Part shown: positions 7,734 to 10,043 of the stretch, piece by piece
Layout of the letters: each line of letters opens with the position of its first letter
How positions within the stretch are numbered: position 1 is the stretch's first letter
Source: Promethearchaeota archaeon
Lineage (GTDB): Archaea; Asgardarchaeota; Lokiarchaeia; Sigyniarchaeales; SOKP01
Reading direction: 5' to 3'
DNA length: 10,043 nt
Assembly (NCBI GenBank): GCA_048938895.1
Contig: JBHLLU010000101.1
Location: 1 to 10,043, forward strand
Notes under the pieces: model-generated
The model's database searches: none
Told to the model about the DNA's origin: nothing
The model's input: only the letters and a program-made list of their open reading frames with translations
Position numbers and translations under genes: made by a program

Positions 7734-7851
7734 CTTACATAATGATTCAGTATAGGCTTAAATGGTGGTTGTTTAATTAATTTTATTAAGGTTAAACTAT
7801 AAAATTAATGTTTCAATTTGTAAATCTAATGAAAAATTAAGAGGAATATTT

Positions 7852-8784
7852 ATGGATTATACTACACTTGGACGTACGGGATTAAAAGTAAGTGTTATGG
7901 GTTTAGGATGTGGAGGTCCTAGTCGTGTAGGACAGGCTACTGGAAATACTGAAGAAGAATCAGTTCAGATAGTAAAACATGCAATAAAATCAGGAATAAA
8001 TTTTATTGATACAGCAGAAGTTTACAGAACCGAAAAAATCGTTGGCCTTGGGATTAAAGATTCTAATCGTGAAGATCTCATAATTTCAACAAAAAAATCA
8101 ACATGGGGAACTCTAACAACTCAGGATGTACTTAAGAGTTTTGAAAAAAGCCTTAAAAATCTTGGTACTGAATACATTGATATATATCATTTACATGGGG
8201 TGATTCTAAAAGATTATGAATATCTTTATTCCGAAATAATACCAACGCTTCTTGAATTAAAGGATCAAGGTAAAATACGTTATATAGGTATTACCGAAAG
8301 ATTTAATCCCGATCCTAATCATTCGATGCTTAAACGAGCTTTACAAGACGATGTTTGGGATGTTATGATGGTGGGTTTTAACATACTGAATCAATCTGCC
8401 AGGAATAGTGTTTTTAAAAAAACTATCGAAAAAAATATTGGAATCTTGATTATGTTTGCTGTACGTCTAGCTCTAAGTAGACCTCATCGTCTCAAAGAAT
8501 GTGTCAATGATCTAATTGAAAAAAACCAGCTTAATCCTTCTGATATTGATATAAATGATCCCCTCAAATTTCTAATACATGAACGTGGTGCTGTATCATT
8601 AGTTGACGCCGCATATCGTTTCTGTCGCTATGAACCAGGAACTCACGTAATTCTTTCTGGCACTGGAAGTGTCCAACATTTGAAAGAAAACCTAAAATCA
8701 ATTTTGCGACCACCTCTTCCTGAAGAAGATCTAAAAAATATAAAAAAAATATTTAAGAATGTTGATTCGATTTCAGGTCAGTAA
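7852..8784 (+). CDS. Aldo/keto reductase
   Basis: 310 aa. LGRTGLKVSVMGLG, GINFIDTAEVY, STK, SLKNLGTEYIDIYHLH, GKIRYIG. The catalytic tetrad D53/Y58/K81/H115 is intact. AGAGG lies upstream of the ATG. Confidence 0.93.
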   Translation: MDYTTLGRTGLKVSVMGLGCGGPSRVGQATGNTEEESVQIVKHAIKSGINFIDTAEVYRTEKIVGLGIKDSNREDLIISTKKSTWGTLTTQDVLKSFEKSLKNLGTEYIDIYHLHGVILKDYEYLYSEIIPTLLELKDQGKIRYIGITERFNPDPNHSMLKRALQDDVWDVMMVGFNILNQSARNSVFKKTIEKNIGILIMFAVRLALSRPHRLKECVNDLIEKNQLNPSDIDINDPLKFLIHERGAVSLVDAAYRFCRYEPGTHVILSGTGSVQHLKENLKSILRPPLPEEDLKNIKKIFKNVDSISGQ

Positions 8785-8793
8785 GAACGCAGT

Positions 8794-9504
8794 TTATATA
8801 TCTAAATAATTTTCAGAATTGCATTTTAGACATCTAAAAAGCCCCTTTTTCTCGTTTAGAGTTTCAAATCTATTTTTTTCCTTGCAATTACCACACACCT
8901 TATAATTTTCTTCTATACGAATTTTATACAACGTAGTACTAAGTGGTTTTATTGCATTTACTTCTACTTGTTTTGATATAAATTTCTCAAAAATTTCTCC
9001 CTTTGTTTTACGTAATTCAAGGAAAAAAGTAATTATGCTCGAAATAAACATAAATATCCCTAAATAGAGTATTATTTCATGAGTATTATCTATTATCTCT
9101 TGTGTCAATGGAGGATGCCATCTACAAATAAAATAGTAACATATAATAGGACTTAAACAACCATAAAGAGAAAAGGGTATAGACAAGATATAAGAAATTA
9201 TACCATAATAAAACCCAATATTAGATATTTCTTTAAATAGTTTTTTTAACTTGGATACTCCCATAAAGAAATAGATAACACCAAACAAATATATCATTAT
9301 TATTGCAACGTATATTATTAAACCAGCTAAGTCTTTTAAGACTTTTAGTGAACTATAAACTAGAAACTCTTCTAAGGAAGGTTTTAGTGAACTATAAACT
9401 AAAATTGTGAAGACTACACCAAAAATAGTTAGAATTAATCCCCAAATTAAGTACTCTCTCCCTAATTTTATGATATCTTTCTCTTTCCTTCGAAAGTATG
9501 CCAT
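8794..9504 (-). CDS. Four-TM membrane protein with C-terminal zinc finger
   Basis: 236 aa, four hydrophobic segments, C-terminal CGNC-x17-CLKC. AGGTTGA lies upstream of the ATG. Confidence 0.75.
   Translation of the reverse strand: MAYFRRKEKDIIKLGREYLIWGLILTIFGVVFTILVYSSLKPSLEEFLVYSSLKVLKDLAGLIIYVAIIMIYLFGVIYFFMGVSKLKKLFKEISNIGFYYGIISYILSIPFSLYGCLSPIICYYFICRWHPPLTQEIIDNTHEIILYLGIFMFISSIITFFLELRKTKGEIFEKFISKQVEVNAIKPLSTTLYKIRIEENYKVCGNCKEKNRFETLNEKKGLFRCLKCNSENYLDI
9343..9401. repeat. Perfect 20-bp direct repeat, 2 copies, 39-bp period
   Basis: TTTTAGTGAACTATAAACTA at 9343-9362 and 9382-9401. It encodes LVYSSLK twice in the minus-strand CDS. Confidence 0.9.
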
Positions 9505-9655
9505 AAAATCAACCTAAATTTTTGTAAAAGATATTAATAATACCAAAAATAAATATTTAAAGATGCTTATGAAGATTTCCTAATATATTTAGAATCATAA
9601 AAAATAAATAATTATAATTATTAACTTACAAAAAATTACGGACTAACCTGAAAAA

Positions 9656-10043
9656 ATGATTTGGAATACAAGATTAACAAAAATGATGGATACTCAATAT
9701 CCTATTATTATGGGCGCTTTTGCGATAATAGGGAGAGCTGAGTTTGCAGCTGCTTTTTCAAACGCAGGTGGATTAGGTATCGTTACTGCATTAAATTTCA
9801 GAACAAATGAAGAATTTAAAAAAGAACTTGAAAAAATGAAAAAATTGACAAATAAATCCTTTGGAGTTAATTTTACTGTATGGCCACCCCAAGTAAGGCA
9901 GAGCAGTGGACGAGCTCAATCTGAAGAATCATATTTTGACTTTGTTGATATTGCCTTGGATGCTGATGTTAAAGTTATTACTACTTCCGCATATAAGGCT
10001 GCTGAAATAGGGAAGAAAGTTCATGATGCGGGAGGATTCTGGT
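9656..10043 (+). CDS. Nitronate monooxygenase / FabK-like FMN-dependent oxidoreductase, partial (3' end off window)
   Basis: Not in the ORF track. MIWNTRLTKMMDTQYPIIMGAFAIIGRAEFAAAFSNAGGLGIVTA...KKLTNKSFGVNF...VKVITTSA... The YPII, SNAGGLG and T-x-K-x-FGVN motifs match the NMO/FabK family. The frame is open to the window end. Confidence 0.88.
   Translation, partial: MIWNTRLTKMMDTQYPIIMGAFAIIGRAEFAAAFSNAGGLGIVTALNFRTNEEFKKELEKMKKLTNKSFGVNFTVWPPQVRQSSGRAQSEESYFDFVDIALDADVKVITTSAYKAAEIGKKVHDAGGFW

Noticed and set aside
9343-9401. Mini-CRISPR array
   Set aside because: Only two 20-bp copies with a 19-bp spacer, in frame inside a CDS, with no cas genes or leader.

Overview
AT-rich prokaryotic window, most likely archaeal. 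The gene content suggests an Asgard/Lokiarchaeia-like genome, but this is inference. The left end (1-~1860, minus strand) looks accessory and partly decayed. It holds an ASCH/PUA-domain gene running off the window edge that the ORF track missed, and an overlapping GNAT-EVE-like gene. That gene's reading frame is open from 1139, well upstream of the called ATG at 806, but starts mid-GNAT with no start codon, so it appears 5'-truncated. Abutting it is a small protein with a zinc finger of the type found in phage HNH/endonuclease VII proteins. The rest is a loose acyl-CoA metabolic neighbourhood: a two-subunit family I CoA-transferase (Gct-like), a crotonase-fold protein lacking the usual catalytic acids, a V4R-like 4-Cys protein, an isovaleryl-CoA-dehydrogenase-type ACAD coupled to a MaoC hydratase, an aldo/keto reductase and a partial nitronate monooxygenase/FabK-family gene (also missed by the track). 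Two multi-TM proteins with C-terminal zinc ribbons are interspersed. I saw no RNA genes, CRISPR array or transposase. All calls are from manual motif reading, not database searches.
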